A stretch of DNA of 64,000 nt from Mobula hypostoma (taxonomy: Eukaryota), in the NCBI RefSeq assembly GCF_963921235.1, contig NC_086108.1:12276001-12340000 (forward strand). Reading direction: 5' to 3'. The position numbers and the translations under genes are program-made. Shown here piece by piece: positions 11,751 to 24,335 of the stretch (positions are counted from its first letter, which is position 1; every line of letters starts with the position of its first letter). The notes below the pieces were generated by a model. That model ran no database searches. It saw only the letters and a list, made by a program, of their open reading frames with translations, and was not told the origin of the DNA.

Positions 11751-12915
11751 AGAATTAACAAGCACGATAGATAAAGGAGAATCAGTTGATGTTGTGTATT
11801 TGGATTTTTTGAGAAGGCCGTTGACAAGATGCCACACACGAGGCTGCTTAACAAGCTACGAGCCCATGGTATTACAGGGAAGATTCTAGCACGGATAAAG
11901 CAGTGGCTGATTGGCAGGAGGCAAAAAGTGGGAATAAAGGGAGACTTTTCTGGTTGGCTGCTGATGATTAGTGGTGTTCCACTGGGGCCTGTGTTGGACC
12001 AATTCTTTGTATATGATATGTTAATGATTTGGATGATGAAATTGACGGCTTGTTGCAAAGTTTGCAGATAGATGGAGGAGCAGGTAGTTTTGAGGAAGTA
12101 GAGAAGCTTCAGAAGGGCTAAGGCAGATTAGGAGAACTGGCAAAGGAATGGCAGATGGAATACAGTGTTGGGGAACGTGTGGTCAGGCATGTTGATAGAA
12201 GAATTGAAAGGGTTGACTATTTTCCAAATAGAGAGAAAATACAAAATAAAACTGAGGCACAAAGAGATTTGAGAGCCCTTGTTCAGGATTCCCTAAAGGT
12301 TAATTTGTGGTTGAGTCCGTGATAAGGAAGGTGAATGTGATGTTAGCATTCATTTCACGAAGACTAGAATATAAAAGCTAGGATGTAATGTTGAGACTTT
12401 AGAAAGCACTGGTGAGGCCTCACGGAGTATTGTAAGCAGTTTTGGGCCCTGTATCTTAGAAAGGATGTGCTGAAACTGGAGAGGGTTCAAAGAAGGTTTG
12501 AAAAAATGATCCCAGGTTTGAATAACTTGTCATATGAAGAGTGCTTGATGGCTCTGGGCCTGTATTCAATGGAATTCGGAAGAATGAAGGGTGACATCAT
12601 TGAAACCTATCAAATGGTGAAAGGCCAAGATAGAGTGGATGTGGAGAGGATGTTTCCTATGGTGAGAGAGTCTAACACCAAATGACACAGCCTCAGAATA
12701 GAGTGGTGTCATTTTAGAATGGAAATGAAAAGGGATTTCTATAGCCAGAGTGTGATGAATCTGTGAAATTCATTGTGACAGGCAACTGTGGAGGACAAAT
12801 CTGTATGTATATTTACAGAGGTTGATAGTTTCCTGGGTGGTCAGGACATGAAGGGAAATGAGGAGAAGGTAGGAGATTGGGGTTAAGGGGACAATTTGGA
12901 TCAGCCATGATGAAA

Positions 12916-13254
12916 ATTATAAGGGTTATAGACAGGTTAAAAGCAAGCAGGCTTTTTGGGACTACAATTAGAGGTCATGGGATAAGGGTGAGAGGTGAAA
13001 AGTTTAAGGGGATCATGAGGAAAACTTTTTCACTCAGAGGATTGTAAGGGTGTGAAAAAAGCTGCCAGAAATAGCGGTGCATGTGAACTCAATTTCAAGG
13101 TTTAACAGAAGTTTGGATAGGTACATGGAGGGACATGGGAGACTATAGTCTGGGTGCAGGTCTATGGGAGTAAGCAGTGTAAACGGCTTGGCATGGACTA
13201 GATGGGCCAAAAGCCCTGTTTTTGACCTGTACTTTTCTATAACTCTATGACTCT
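12916..13254 (+). mobile_element. CR1 3' fragment (different subfamily)
   Basis: ttttcactcagaggattgtaagggtgtg...; tail ctataactctatgactct. Confidence 0.7.
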
Positions 13255-14910
13255 TTGCTGTCTAAGAAAGAAATCAGGAGGGCTAAAAGAAGACATGAGA
13301 TTGCCTTGGCAGTCAAAGTGAAGGATAATCCAAAGAGCTTTTACAGGTATATTAAGAGCAAAAGTATTGTAAGGGATAAAATTAGTCCTCTTGAAGATCA
13401 GAGTGCTCGGCTATGTGCGGAACCAAAGGAAATGGGGGAGATCTTAAGTAGGTTTTTTGCGTCTGTATTTACTAAGGAAACTGGCATGAAGTCTATGGAA
13501 TTAAGGGAAACAAGTAGTGAGATCATGGAAACTGTACAGATCGAAAAGGAGGAGGTCCTTGCTGTCTTGAGGAAAATTAAAGTGGATAAATCCACGGGAC
13601 CTGACGGGGTATTCCCTCGGACCTTGAAGGAGACTAGTGTTGAAATTGCAGGGGCCCTCGCAGAAATATTTAAAATGTCGCTGTCTACAGGTGAGGTGCC
13701 GGAGGATTGGAGAGTGGCTCATGTTGTTCCGTTGTTTAAAAAAGGATCGAAAAGTAATCTGGGAAATTATAGGCCGGTAAGTTTAACGTCGGTAGTAGGT
13801 AAGTTATTGGAGGGAGTACTAAGAGACAGAATCTACAAGCATTTGGATAGACAGGGACTTATTAGGGAGAGTCAAAATGGCTTTGTGCGTGGTGGGTCAT
13901 GTTTGACCAATCTATTGGAGTTTTCCGAGGAGGTTACCAGGAAAGTGGATGAAGGGAAGGCAGTGGATATTGTCTACATGGACTTCAGTAAGGCCTTTGA
14001 CAAGGTCCCGCATGGGAGGTTAGTTAGGAAAATTCAGTCAGTAGGTATACATGGAGAGGTGGTAAATTGGATCAGACATTGGCTCAATGGAAGAAGCCAA
14101 AGAGTGGTAGTAGGGAATTGCTTCTCTGAGTGGAGGCCTGTGACTAGTGGTGTGCCACAGGGATCAGTGCTGGGTCCATTGTTATTTGTCATCTATATCA
14201 ATGATCTGGATGATAATGTGGTAAATTGGATCAGCAAATTTGCTGATGATACAAAGATTGGAGGTGTAGTAGATAGCGAGGAAGGTTTTCAGAGCCTGCA
14301 GAGGGACTTGGACCAGCTGGAAAAATGGGCTGAAAAATGGCAAATGGAGTTTAATACAGACAAGTGTGAGGTATTGCATGTTGGAAGGACAAACCAAGGT
14401 AGAACATACAGGGTTAATGGTAAGGCACTGAGAAGTGCAGTGGAACAGTGGGATCTGGGAATACAGATACAAAATTCCCTAAAAGTGGCGTCACAGGTAG
14501 ATAGGGTCATAAAGAGAGCTTTTGGTACATTGGCCTTTATTAATCAAAGTATTGAGTATAAGAGCTGGAATGTTATGATGAGGTTGTATAAGGCATTGGA
14601 GAGGCCAGATCTGGAGTATTGTGTTCAGTTTTGGTCACCAAATTACAGGAAGGATATAAGTAAGGTTGAAAGAGTGCAGAGAAGGTTTACAAGGATGTTG
14701 CTGGGACTTGAGAAACTCAGCTACAGAGAAAGGTTGAATAGGTTAGGACTTTATTCCCTGGAGCGTAGAAGAATGAGAGGAGATTTGATAGAGGTATATA
14801 AGATAATGATGGGTACAGATAGAGTGAATGCAAGCAGGCTTTTTCCACTGAGGCAAGGGGAGAAAAAAAAACAGAGGACATGGGTTAAGGGTGAGGGGGG
14901 AAAAGTTTAA
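13255..14910 (+). pseudogene. CR1 ORF2 reverse transcriptase; no endonuclease, frameshift near the C-terminus
   Basis: Motifs [34 protein letters not shown] and KFADD. The frame continues in ORF 14891-15082. Confidence 0.95.
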
Positions 14911-15162
14911 AGGGAACATTAAGGGGGGCTTCTTCACACAAAGAGTGGTGGGAGTATGGAATGAGCGTCCAGACGAGGTGGTAAATGTGGGTTCTTTTTT
15001 AACATTTAAGAATAAATTGGACAGATACATGGATGGGAGGTGTATGGAGGGATATGGTCCGTGTGCAGGTCAGTGGGACTAGGCAGAAAATGGTTCGGCA
15101 TAGCCAAGAAGGGCCAAAAGGCCTGTTTCTGTGCTGTAGTTTCTATGGTTTCTATGGTTCTA
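13255..15162 (+). mobile_element. Young 5'-truncated CR1 LINE
   Basis: 551-aa open RT frame, 3' stem-loop gggccaaaaggcct and (ttctatgg)n tail. Confidence 0.95.
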
Positions 15163-15289
15163 TTGAAATTCTGAAGGTCAGACTGCATCAATGGAGGAGA
15201 TTAATCAGTCAACGTTTTAGGTCCAGATCCTTCATCAGTGACACAGCCAGCAGAGCTGTTTCCTCACAGATGAATGTCTGTACTTACAG

Positions 15290-16090
15290 GAAATGCCTGC
15301 TGACCATCACGGCAGCTAACTCACTCCCTTGCTCGTTGCACTCAGTGTCAGTAAGAACAAGGAATTGATTGTGTACTTTAGAAAGGGGAAGTCGAGGGAA
15401 CACACACCAGTACTCACTGAGGGACCAGCAATGGAAAAAGTTAGCAATTACAAGCTCCTGGGAGTCAACATCTCTGAAGATCCATCCTGGGCCCAACATA
15501 TCGATGAAATCATAAAGAGGTCATGACAGTGGCTATATGTCATTAAGAGTTTGAGGAGACTTGGTATGAAACCATGGACACTCAAATTTCTACAGATACA
15601 CCGTGGAGAGCATTCTAACTGGTGGGATCATCATCTGGTATGGAGTGGGGAGGGGCCTCTGCACAGGATCGGAAGAAGCTGCAGAAAGTTACAAACAGCC
15701 AGCTCCATCATAGGCACTGGGCTCCACAGCATCAAGGACACCTTGAAAAAGTGATGCCTCGACAAGACAGCATCCAACACTAAGGACCACTATTACCCAG
15801 GGCAGGCCCTCTTCTCATTGCTACCATTGGGGAGGTGATAAAGGAGCCTGAAGGCACACACTCAACATTTTAAGAACATCTTTTCCCCTCTGCCATCAGA
15901 TTTCTGAATTGACAATGAACCAACCCATGAACACTACCTCAATATTTTTTCCATTTTTTGCACTACTTACTTAATATAATTTAACAATATATTGTGATTC
16001 ATAGTTTTAAAAAATATTATATGCGTTATTGTGTACTGCTGTTGCAAAATAACAAATCTCACAACATGGCTGTGAATTTAAACCTGATTG
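15290..16090 (+). mobile_element. Decayed Rex1/Babar-type LINE 3' fragment
   Basis: ORF 15329-15526 reads SVSKNKELIVYFRK..YKLLGVNISEDPSW. Ends near taaacctgatt. Confidence 0.8.
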
Positions 16091-16303
16091 TGATGCATCG
16101 TTCCACTTTCCAACGAACTGATGATCCACATACGTCCACAGACTGAGCAAACTTCGTCTCACTGATCCTAACTGCTCCTGGGTTGACATCTGATGCTGGA
16201 AGTAAAGGATATCTCCAGCCTTTGACACTAATACCAGCAAACTGTCCAAGCAACAAATATGTTGAAAAATTCCTGCAGACAGCAAACCTGGAGTGTGATA
16301 TAT

Positions 16304-16869
16304 TGTGAGGGTTACTAGCAAACTCAAGAGCGGGAATCACAGAGACTTCAGCAATTCAAACAAAACTAAAGATTTATTTCGGAAATTAACTAGAAAAGCT
16401 AATAAGAGCTCCGACAAACTATACAGAACCATGTCAAACTGAAGTCACTCACAGAAGAACTCAGTCTGAGTTTCACCAAAGAAAAACAACGATCTAGCAA
16501 AGACCGACTGGCATGTCCCCCGAAATACACTCTGGAGCACAAAGGAATTCAGCACCAATCAGACAACATAAGTGTCCAGATGAAGCAATAATCCCCAAAG
16601 CCAACAATTACAATACAAGACATTCAAAATACCATGCTAACTAAATTATCCTAATTTGAATAAAAGTGCTAAATACAAAGAAATCTTAACAGTCCCCATG
16701 ATCCCAAATGAGACACCTGCAAAATAAAAGGAAAAACCAAAGATAAACAATTAGACATAAAAGGTAAACAATCCTAAGAGTACTGCACACCTACAAAGTC
16801 ACACTGAGAAAATACAGTCCACATACTAGCTGACAAAAAAATATTTTCAAATGACCCCTGGTTGTGACA
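16304..16869 (-). mobile_element. Solo LTR (566 bp)
   Basis: TGTGA...TGACA termini. Flanks tatat/tacat form a 5-bp TSD with one mismatch. AATAAA lies near the minus-strand 3' end. Confidence 0.6.
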
Positions 16870-16984
16870 TACATAGATTCTTAGCAATTATTTATGCAAT
16901 TTATCAGGGAATTAAATAAAGGATTCTTGCCCACTCCTCCACCAACCAATCCTTATGGCAAGGTGCTTTGTTGGGGCATTGCAT

Positions 16985-17190
16985 ACAAGATTCTGGAGGA
17001 ACTCAGCAGATCAAGCATGCCTGTTTAGGGAAATGAAGAGTCAGTGATAAGGACCAAGACCTTTCATCAGGTCCTGAAACATCGACTTCCATTTCTCTCC
17101 ATAGAAGCTGACTGACCCACTGAGTTTGTGCACATTTTGTGTGTGTCAGTCCGCATTTTCAGCGTCTGCAGTCTTGTGTCTCTGTTTTGT
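16985..17190. mobile_element. Old palindromic Penelope-derived element
   Basis: ctggaggaactcagcag...catcagg / cctgaaacatcgact...cagcgtctgcagtc; a decayed version of the 2471-2754 architecture. Confidence 0.6.
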
Positions 17191-17384
17191 TGGGGCAATA
17201 ATGGACATGAATCACATTTCATATTGGTGAGCTCCATGACCACAAGAAACTGCATGGAGTTGTGGACACAGCTCAGAACATCATGGAAATCATTCTAAGC
17301 AAATTCATCACCAAATTCTGGATCCTGGGATTCAACGCCTCCTGGGAAAATTCAGAAAATGTGTAGCTCAGGTGGCTGATGGCT

Positions 17385-17895
17385 GGGTTGAGTTGTTCTC
17401 CAATCTTGGCAATTTACTTGCAAATGTTTTGTCACCATAGGAGGACACATCGTCAGTGTGCTTTTGATTGTGGTGTGCCTTCCGAATGCTAGGCCCTTAT
17501 ATACTTATCTATCAGCTGACTGGCTGTCATTTTGGAAAATCAGTTGTGATCTGGGGAGGAAATCTCATCACTGAGATGAGCTATATGGTGAAATTTGTGC
17601 CTTGTGGTCAGGAATTTTGTCCACATTGGCTCATAGAAAGGATCGAGGTCTGTGTGTTTGTTTCCAGAATTGTTCATGGAAAGCCATGTTTCTAGGAATT
17701 CCCTTGCATTCCATGTGTTTGCTTGTGTCATGACTTCCACTGATTCCAGTGAAAGACCAATCAGCTGATTGAGAGGTAAATGAAGGCCAGCATTCAGAGA
17801 ACACACTCCAATCACCAGCACACTGATAATGCTTCCCTGTTTGGGTGACGAGACATTTGCAAGTAGATTACCAGGATCAGAGAACAACTCTGCCT
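17385..17895 (-). mobile_element. Penelope-like (Poseidon-type) endonuclease C-terminus flanked by inverted pseudo-LTRs
   Basis: The minus frame reads QANTWNAREFLETW..NKHTDLDPFYEPM. 17385-17535 is an inverted copy of 17745-17895. Both ends carry decayed CTGA.GA...GAAAC hammerhead remnants. Confidence 0.7.
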
Positions 17896-17929
17896 AACCA
17901 CTTTTTGCCTCCCCCTGCAACTGTATCCT

Positions 17930-18555
17930 TGACTTTTTGACCAATAGACTGTAATCAGTAAGGACAGGCAGTGACACCTCTGCCGCGATTACCCTACATA
18001 CTGATGCTCTACGAGGTTGCATCCTCAGCCCTCTACTCTATTCCTTGTATATTAATAACTGCCTAGGCGGATTCCACTCTAACTCCTTCCACGAGTTTGC
18101 AGACAATGCCACTGTAGTTTGCCTCATCACCAATAATGATGAGCCTGAGAAGAAGAAGGAGATTGACCTTAGTGACATGATGTCTTGACAACAACCTTTT
18201 CTTCAATGTCAACAAAAGGGCTGGTCATTGACCAGAAAGGGGAGGCAGAGCCACTGGTCCTGTCTACACCTGTGGTGTTGAGGTTGAGAACTTTAAGTTC
18301 CCGGGTGTGCACATCACCAATAGTTAGTCCACAGATGTCATGGCCAAGAAAACTCACCAATACCTCCGCTTCCTCAGGAGGCTAAAATAAATTTGACATG
18401 TCCCTATAGACTCTTACCAGTTTTTAACGATACACCACAGATGTGTAACACATTGGTATGGTGACTACTCTGCACACGACCACAAAAAAATACTGCGGAG
18501 TGTGGACGTAGCTCAGTGCATCACAGGAACCTGCCTCTCCTCTACAGATTAATGC
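17930..18555 (+). mobile_element. Heavily decayed Rex1/Babar-type RT fragment
   Basis: ggttgcatcctcagccctctactctattcc (GCILSPLLYS) and gagtttgcagacaat (FADN). Confidence 0.65.
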
Positions 18556-18559
18556 TTGC

Positions 18560-19480
18560 AGAGATACAAAGATAAGCAGGGGAGCAGATAGTTTTGAGGA
18601 AGTAGAGAAGCTGCAGAAGGGCTTAGATAGATCAGGAGAACTAGCAAAGAAGAGACAGATAGAACACTGTGTCAGGAAGTGGATGGCCATGCAGCTTGAA
18701 AGAAGAAATAAAAAGGATTGACTATGTTCTAAGTGGACAGAAAATATAAAAGAAGCAGAGGCACAAGAGGACTTAAGAGTCCTTACGCAGGCTTCCCTAA
18801 AGGTTAATTTGCAGGCTGAATCAATGGTGAGGAAGGCGAATGTGATGTTAGCATACAGTTTTAAGAGGAATAGGTTGCAAAAGCAAGGATGTAATCTTGA
18901 GCCTTTATAAAGCACTGGTGAGGCCTCACTTGGATTTTTGTGATCAGTTCTGACGCCTTATCTAAGAAAGGATATGCTGACATTGGATAGGGTTCAAAGG
19001 AGGTTCATGAAAATGATTCTAGGATTGAATGGTTTGTCATATGAAGAGCGTTTGATGGCTCTGGGCCTGTACTCACTGAAATTCAGAAGAATAAGGAGTG
19101 GCCTCATTGAAATCTACTGAATATTGAAAGGCCTTGATAGAGTGGATGTGGAGAGGCTGTTTCCTCTGGTGGGGGAGTCTAAGACCACAGGCCACAGCCT
19201 CGGAATAGAGGGGTGTCCTTTTAGAATGGAGATAAGGAGGAATTTCTTTAACTAGAGAGTGGTGAATGTGGAATTCTTTGTCACAGGAAACTATGGAGGA
19301 CAAGTAATTGGGTATATTTAAGGCAGAGGTTGATAGATTATTGATTAGTCTGGACATGAAGACACATGGAGAGAAGATTGGGAGGGAAAATGGATCAGTC
19401 ATGATGAGATGGCAGAGCAGACTAAATGGACCGAGTGGTCTAGTTCCTCTCCTATATTTTATGGTGTTATGGTTATGATC
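18560..19480 (+). mobile_element. CR1 3' fragment
   Basis: Closely similar to 12060-12915; tail ttatggtgttatggttatg. Confidence 0.8.
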
Positions 19481-19487
19481 TTGCAGC

Positions 19488-20180
19488 TTAGTCATAGTCA
19501 TAGTCATACTTTATTGATCCCAGGGGAAATTGGTTTTCATTACAGTTGCACTATAAATAATAAATGGTAATAAAACCATAAATAGTTAAATAGTAAAATG
19601 TAAATTATGCCAGTAAATTATGAAAGAAGTCCAGGACCAGCCTTTTGGCTCAGGGTGTCTGACCCTCCAAGGGAGGAGTTGTAAAGTTTGATGGCCACAG
19701 GCAGGAATGACTTCCTATGACACTCTGTGTTGCATCTCGGTGGAATGAGTCTCTGGCTGAATGTACTCCTGTGCCCACCCAGTACATTATGTAGTGGATG
19801 GGAGACATTGACCAAGATGGCATGCAACTTGGACAGCATCCTCTTTTCAGACACCACCGTCAGAGAGTCCAGTTCCATCCCCACAACATCACTGGCCTTA
19901 CGAATGAGTTTGTTGATTCTGATGGTGTCTGCTACCCTCAGCCTGCTGCCCCAGCACACAACAGCAAACATGATCGCACTGGCCACCACAGACTCATAGA
20001 ACATCCTCAGTATTGTCCGGCAGGTGTTAAAGGACCTCAGTCTCCTCAGGAAATAGAGACGGCTCTGACCCTTCTTGTAGACAGCCTCAGTGTTCTTTGA
20101 CCAGTCCAGTTTATTGTCAATTCGTATCCCCAGGTATTTGTAATCCTCCACCATGTCCACACTGACTCCCTGGATGGAAA
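19488..20180 (-). mobile_element. Young Rex1/Babar-type LINE 3' fragment
   Basis: Open ORF 19618-20160 reads YKYLGIRIDNKLDW..KKGQSRLYFLRRLRSF. (actatg)n tail. Confidence 0.9.
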
Positions 20181-20411
20181 AACATTATCTACTTGTACTG
20201 CACTTTCTCTGCAGTTCTTACACTGTATTCTGCAATCTGTTGGTGCTTCACCTTGTACCACTTCAATGCACTATATAATGAATTAATCTGTACAAAGAGT
20301 GTGCAAGAGAACTTTTCACTTTACCTTGTACATGTGACTATAATGAACCAATTCCAAATCTAATTCTAATTCAAATTCCATTTTGATGCTAAGGAAAACT
20401 GCAACAGATTA

Positions 20412-21218
20412 CACCGGACAATGAATTTTTTCGAAAATGTAGCTTTCTCAAATTTTTTTTTAAGCTGAGTGCAAATACAATGTCAAACTACTTGCACCAC
20501 ATAGGAACCTGGAGAACCAAGAAATTAACTTTTATTGAATATAATGTGTTTACTTCCATAATGGTGCTGACGCTTTGCAATAGTTAACTAAGCTAAAAAT
20601 ACCTTGTCAATGATTTTCATTTGTACTCAGTGTCTGAGGCTTCACACTTAAGTGTCCAACAATAGTCAGCCAGCTTTGATGGATTCCAGTTGCTGTAATA
20701 CTGTTTCTCGATGTCCTGGTTCTGATATGCCAATGTCCTGATATCATTGGTACTAATGTCTTTTCATCATGCTCGTCACGGACAGCACCAAGATTTGCAG
20801 GGAAGAAGTCTAAATGGGAATGCAGAAAATGAATCTTTAGTGACATGTTGCACTTCATAGTTTTGCATGCTTGAAGCATGTTGTCAGTCAGGTGCACGTA
20901 GTTTTTGCTCTGTAGTTGCCAAGAAAATTTTCAGCAACATCCTTGAATGTCTTCCATGCGATTTTCTCCAGTCCCAGTAGAGGTTCTTTGAATTGTTTGT
21001 CATTGATGACCTGTTTGACTTGTGGACCAACAAGAATCCCTTCCTTAACCTTGGCATCAGTTATTCTGACATGAATTATGAACTTAAACAACAAATATAG
21101 GTGATTTAAAAAATGGTGCGTGATAGGGAAATTTCATGGTGATTTTCATCTTCAGTGGCCCAAGGTCAATAAGGTACACCCAGAAGTATTCAGGAAGTAA
21201 AATTGTTGTTGTCCAGGG
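20412..21218 (-). mobile_element. Internally deleted Chapaev3-type DNA transposon
   Basis: TIR-like ends caccggacaa / ttgtccaggg. Transposase C-terminal remnants DAKVKEGILVGPQ, NFLGNYRA and CNMSLKIHFLHSHLDFFPANLGAV.DEH. Confidence 0.85.
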
Positions 21219-21844
21219 TTTATTATGGAACTCCAACTATTTTCAGTGGCTTGCTGCCAGTAGAAATTAGTGAACTAGGGGACAATTTAGGCCATTATTT
21301 GTATTTTAAAATCCCTCCAAAATGTTACACATTGTTATTGAGTTGTAAATGAATTTTTTATGGAATTCTGAACCATAATTGCAGCTTAAGAATGTCTAGC
21401 CATAAAAAAAATCTAATTTTATATGTGTGGACCATTAATCCCTCGGGTAATTATTTTGGCTCCATATCTGTTATTAAAAATTAAATTTTGCTTTTAAAAT
21501 TTCATTTTTGATTTTTCAGTTTCTGCTTAAACCTCCTGGGGGCATTCCATCCCATAATTTCTATTTATAGAATTTTTAGGGGGCTAGAAAAAGATCTATA
21601 TTTAATACTTGGTTTAATTCTTTAATGTGATTAGCTGGTCAGCTGCTTGATGGTGAATTTATTACTGGGTGCCAGGGATCCCCCAAAGCCAATGCAAAAA
21701 ATATCAATGTTCACCGCTCATCACCTCTCTTGCTGACTTTGGTGATGCTAATGAGACAGCGTTGTTGGCTTTATTTATTTTAATTGTCTTTTCAGGATGT
21801 TGGCATTGCTGCTAAGGTGATAATTTCCTCCAAAAAGACCATAA

Positions 21845-22245
21845 CATTGTGGTAGCATTTGGGGGTTTGCATGCCTCAGTGAATGGAAGGGTTAAATTGG
21901 CTGGAGTCCGAGCCTTGTGCTTTGACCTTTGGTAGTCAAGCAGGTCAAAGGGTTGAAGTTAGACGAAGAGTGTTCCACCAGTCCTCCAGGTTTGGGGGTT
22001 CAGCTCAGGGCTAACAACACTGATTGGTCAGACAAAATTGTTCTGAAAACATCAATGAAAAATCCTTCTACATCTGAGTGCAATGGTATTCCTGAGTCTC
22101 CACCCAGGACCTGCATGACTGACAGTAAAAAAAACAAGAGGAAGCTACTGACACAATGAAGGAAGCCCTGAACACCACTAGAGATAGAGGACCTTCTTTG
22201 CTGTACTAACTGCCAGTGGTGTAACGGGGAATAAATAAATAAAGA
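21845..22245 (+). mobile_element. Non-autonomous RTE-derived bipartite element (5' UTR plus 3' end)
   Basis: Homologous to 43245-43640. RTE-like 5' motif gcatgcctca.tga and 3' motif ttgctg..ctaactgcca; (ataa)n tail. Confidence 0.65.
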
Positions 22246-22363
22246 AGGTCATAATTCATTGTCCATCCTTAATTGCTCTTGAGAAGGTGTTAATCAGCTA
22301 CCTTCTTCAATATCTATGCTCTGAATGATGACAGCACCTCCTATTGTTCGGCAAGATTTAGAC

Positions 22364-22433
22364 CAGGGGTTTCCAAATTTTAACACCATGGTCCACTACC
22401 ATTTACCAAGGTGGTCCATGAGCCCCTTGTTGG
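22364..22433. mobile_element. hAT/Charlie-type MITE remnant
   Basis: CAGGGG terminus. 8-bp NTTTAGAC duplication at 22356-22363 and 22863-22870. Confidence 0.55.
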
Positions 22434-22862
22434 TGTCATGTTGTTAGATTACTTGTTGTTCGGAAGTTGCTTTGACTGTGCTGGCCATTGAAGGGTACAG
22501 CTGCTCTTACCTATTGGTTGCCTTGTGTGCCACGGCACTGGTGTCCAGTTTCAGGCACCTCCAAGATATAACAATAGCTCATGCAGGAGGCTTGGCCTCT
22601 TTTCCTTTTGTCCTCAGGCACTCATTTTCACACTGAAGTAGTGGCCTTTGCAGAAGAACTATTAGGAATGCATGCTGCAGACTTAGAAAGCCCACTCACA
22701 CTCCTAGCTAAGTATCTGTTTGTTGAATATTTAGTTTTGTAGTTTGTGTAACTTGGGGGGAACTTAGATATTTGTTCAAATCTTTTAATGTTTGTAAATA
22801 AATGATAACTGATGCTTCTTCTTTCTCACTCACCAAACCCATGAACCTGCTTCCTCATAACA
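22434..22862 (+). mobile_element. Solo LTR inserted in the MITE
   Basis: TGTCA...TAACA termini, TATA-like motif near 22567, AATAAA near 22797. Confidence 0.55.
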
Positions 22863-23010
22863 GTTTAGACACAGCTTTGATGAAGGAGCAGTTTCTTGAC
22901 TGGGCCAGTGTATGAAATAGACAGGACCCTGCATGTTATGGTGCCTGTCAGCTCTGAAAGCCTTTGGTCTTCATGCTTCTTTGAGCAAAGGTTTCTTTGG
23001 CCAAACATTT

Positions 23011-23390
23011 ACATAGAACATAGAATAGTACAGCACAGTACAGGCCCTTTGGCCCACAATGTTGTGCCAACCCTCAAACCCTGCCTCCCATATAAGCCTC
23101 CACCTTAAATTCCTCCATATACCTGTCCAGTAGTCTCTTAAACTTCACCAGTGTATCTGCCTCCACCACTGACTCAGGCAGTGCATTCCACGCACCAACC
23201 ACTCTCTGAGTAAAAAAACCTTCCTCTAATATCCCCTTTGAACTTTCCACCCCTTACCTTAAAGCCATGTCCTCTTGTATTGAGCAGTGGTGCCCTAGGG
23301 AAGAGGCGCTGGCTATCCATTCTATCTATTCCTCTTAATATCTTGTATACCTCTATCATGTCTCCTGTCATCCTCCTTCTCTCCAAAGAG
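23011..23390 (-). mobile_element. CR1 3' fragment
   Basis: ORF 23174-23398 reads YSLERRRMTGDMIEVYKI; tail acatagaacatagaa. Confidence 0.85.
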
Positions 23391-23589
23391 TATTTCATGG
23401 ATACTTATCAAGTTACCCACTTGGATAATGTCCAATTTCTACAGTATAAATGGAGCAGCACTAATCCAGGGAAATGGAGCATAGGTCGCATGCTCTCCAC
23501 TCATATCTTTTGGGAGGTGGGAGGAGTCAGGTGAGAAGTCACTCACAAATTTCTGGCCTCCTAGTGCTGCCTCACTGTGAGGCATTGGA

Positions 23590-24335
23590 GACACTGAATG
23601 GAACTGGCAGAGGACAAAATAAGAGTGTGGTAGAACAGAGAGATCTGGGAATACAGGTCCATAATTCATTGAATGTGGCGTCACAAATAGATAAGATCAT
23701 AAACTAACCTTTTGGCACATTGCCCTTCACAAATCAGAGTATTGAGTACAGGAGTTGGGATGTTACATTGAAGTTGTATAGGACATTGGTGGGGCCCTAT
23801 TTAGAGTATTGAGTACAGTTCTGGTCACCTCCCTGCAGGAAAGATGTAAGTAAGGTTGAACATGTACAGAGAAAATTTACAGGGATGTTGTTGGTACTGG
23901 AGGATCTGAGTTATAAGGGAAGATTGAATAGATTAGGGTTTCATTTCTTGGAACATAGAAAACTGAGGGAGACTTAATAGAGGTACACAAAATTATCAGT
24001 GATACAGATGGGGTAAATTTAAGCAGGCTCCTTCCACTGAAGCTGGGTGGGACTACAACTGGAGGTCATGGGTAAGGGGTGAAAGGGGAAAAGTTTGAGG
24101 GGAACATGAGGGGAAACTTCTTCACTCAGGGGATCATGAGAGGGTGGAACAAACTGTCAGCGCAAGAGGTGCATGTGAGCTTGGTTTCAACATTTAAGAG
24201 AAGTTTGGGAAGGTACATGGATGGTAAGAATATGGAGGGCTATGGTTCCAGTGAGTAGGCAGTTTAAATGGTGCAGCATAGGCTAGATGGGCCAAAGGAC
24301 CTGTTTCTGTGCTGTACTTTTCTATGACGTTATGT
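23590..24335 (+). mobile_element. CR1 3' fragment
   Basis: EQRDLGIQVHNSLNVASQ; cagttctggtcacc; 3' gggccaaaggacctgtttctgtgctgtac. Confidence 0.85.

Larger units (their letters stand above)
9985..12915 (+). mobile_element. Decayed CR1 RT region, interrupted at about 10301-11750
   Basis: NYRP/QHGF-encoding sequence before the break and KAVDKMPH (11829-12071) after it. ORF 12467-12685 reads LERVQRRF. Confidence 0.85.

Noticed and set aside
20412..21218. Possible internal inversion in the Chapaev element
   Set aside because: Termini and transposase remnants are all consistent with one minus-strand orientation plus a deletion.
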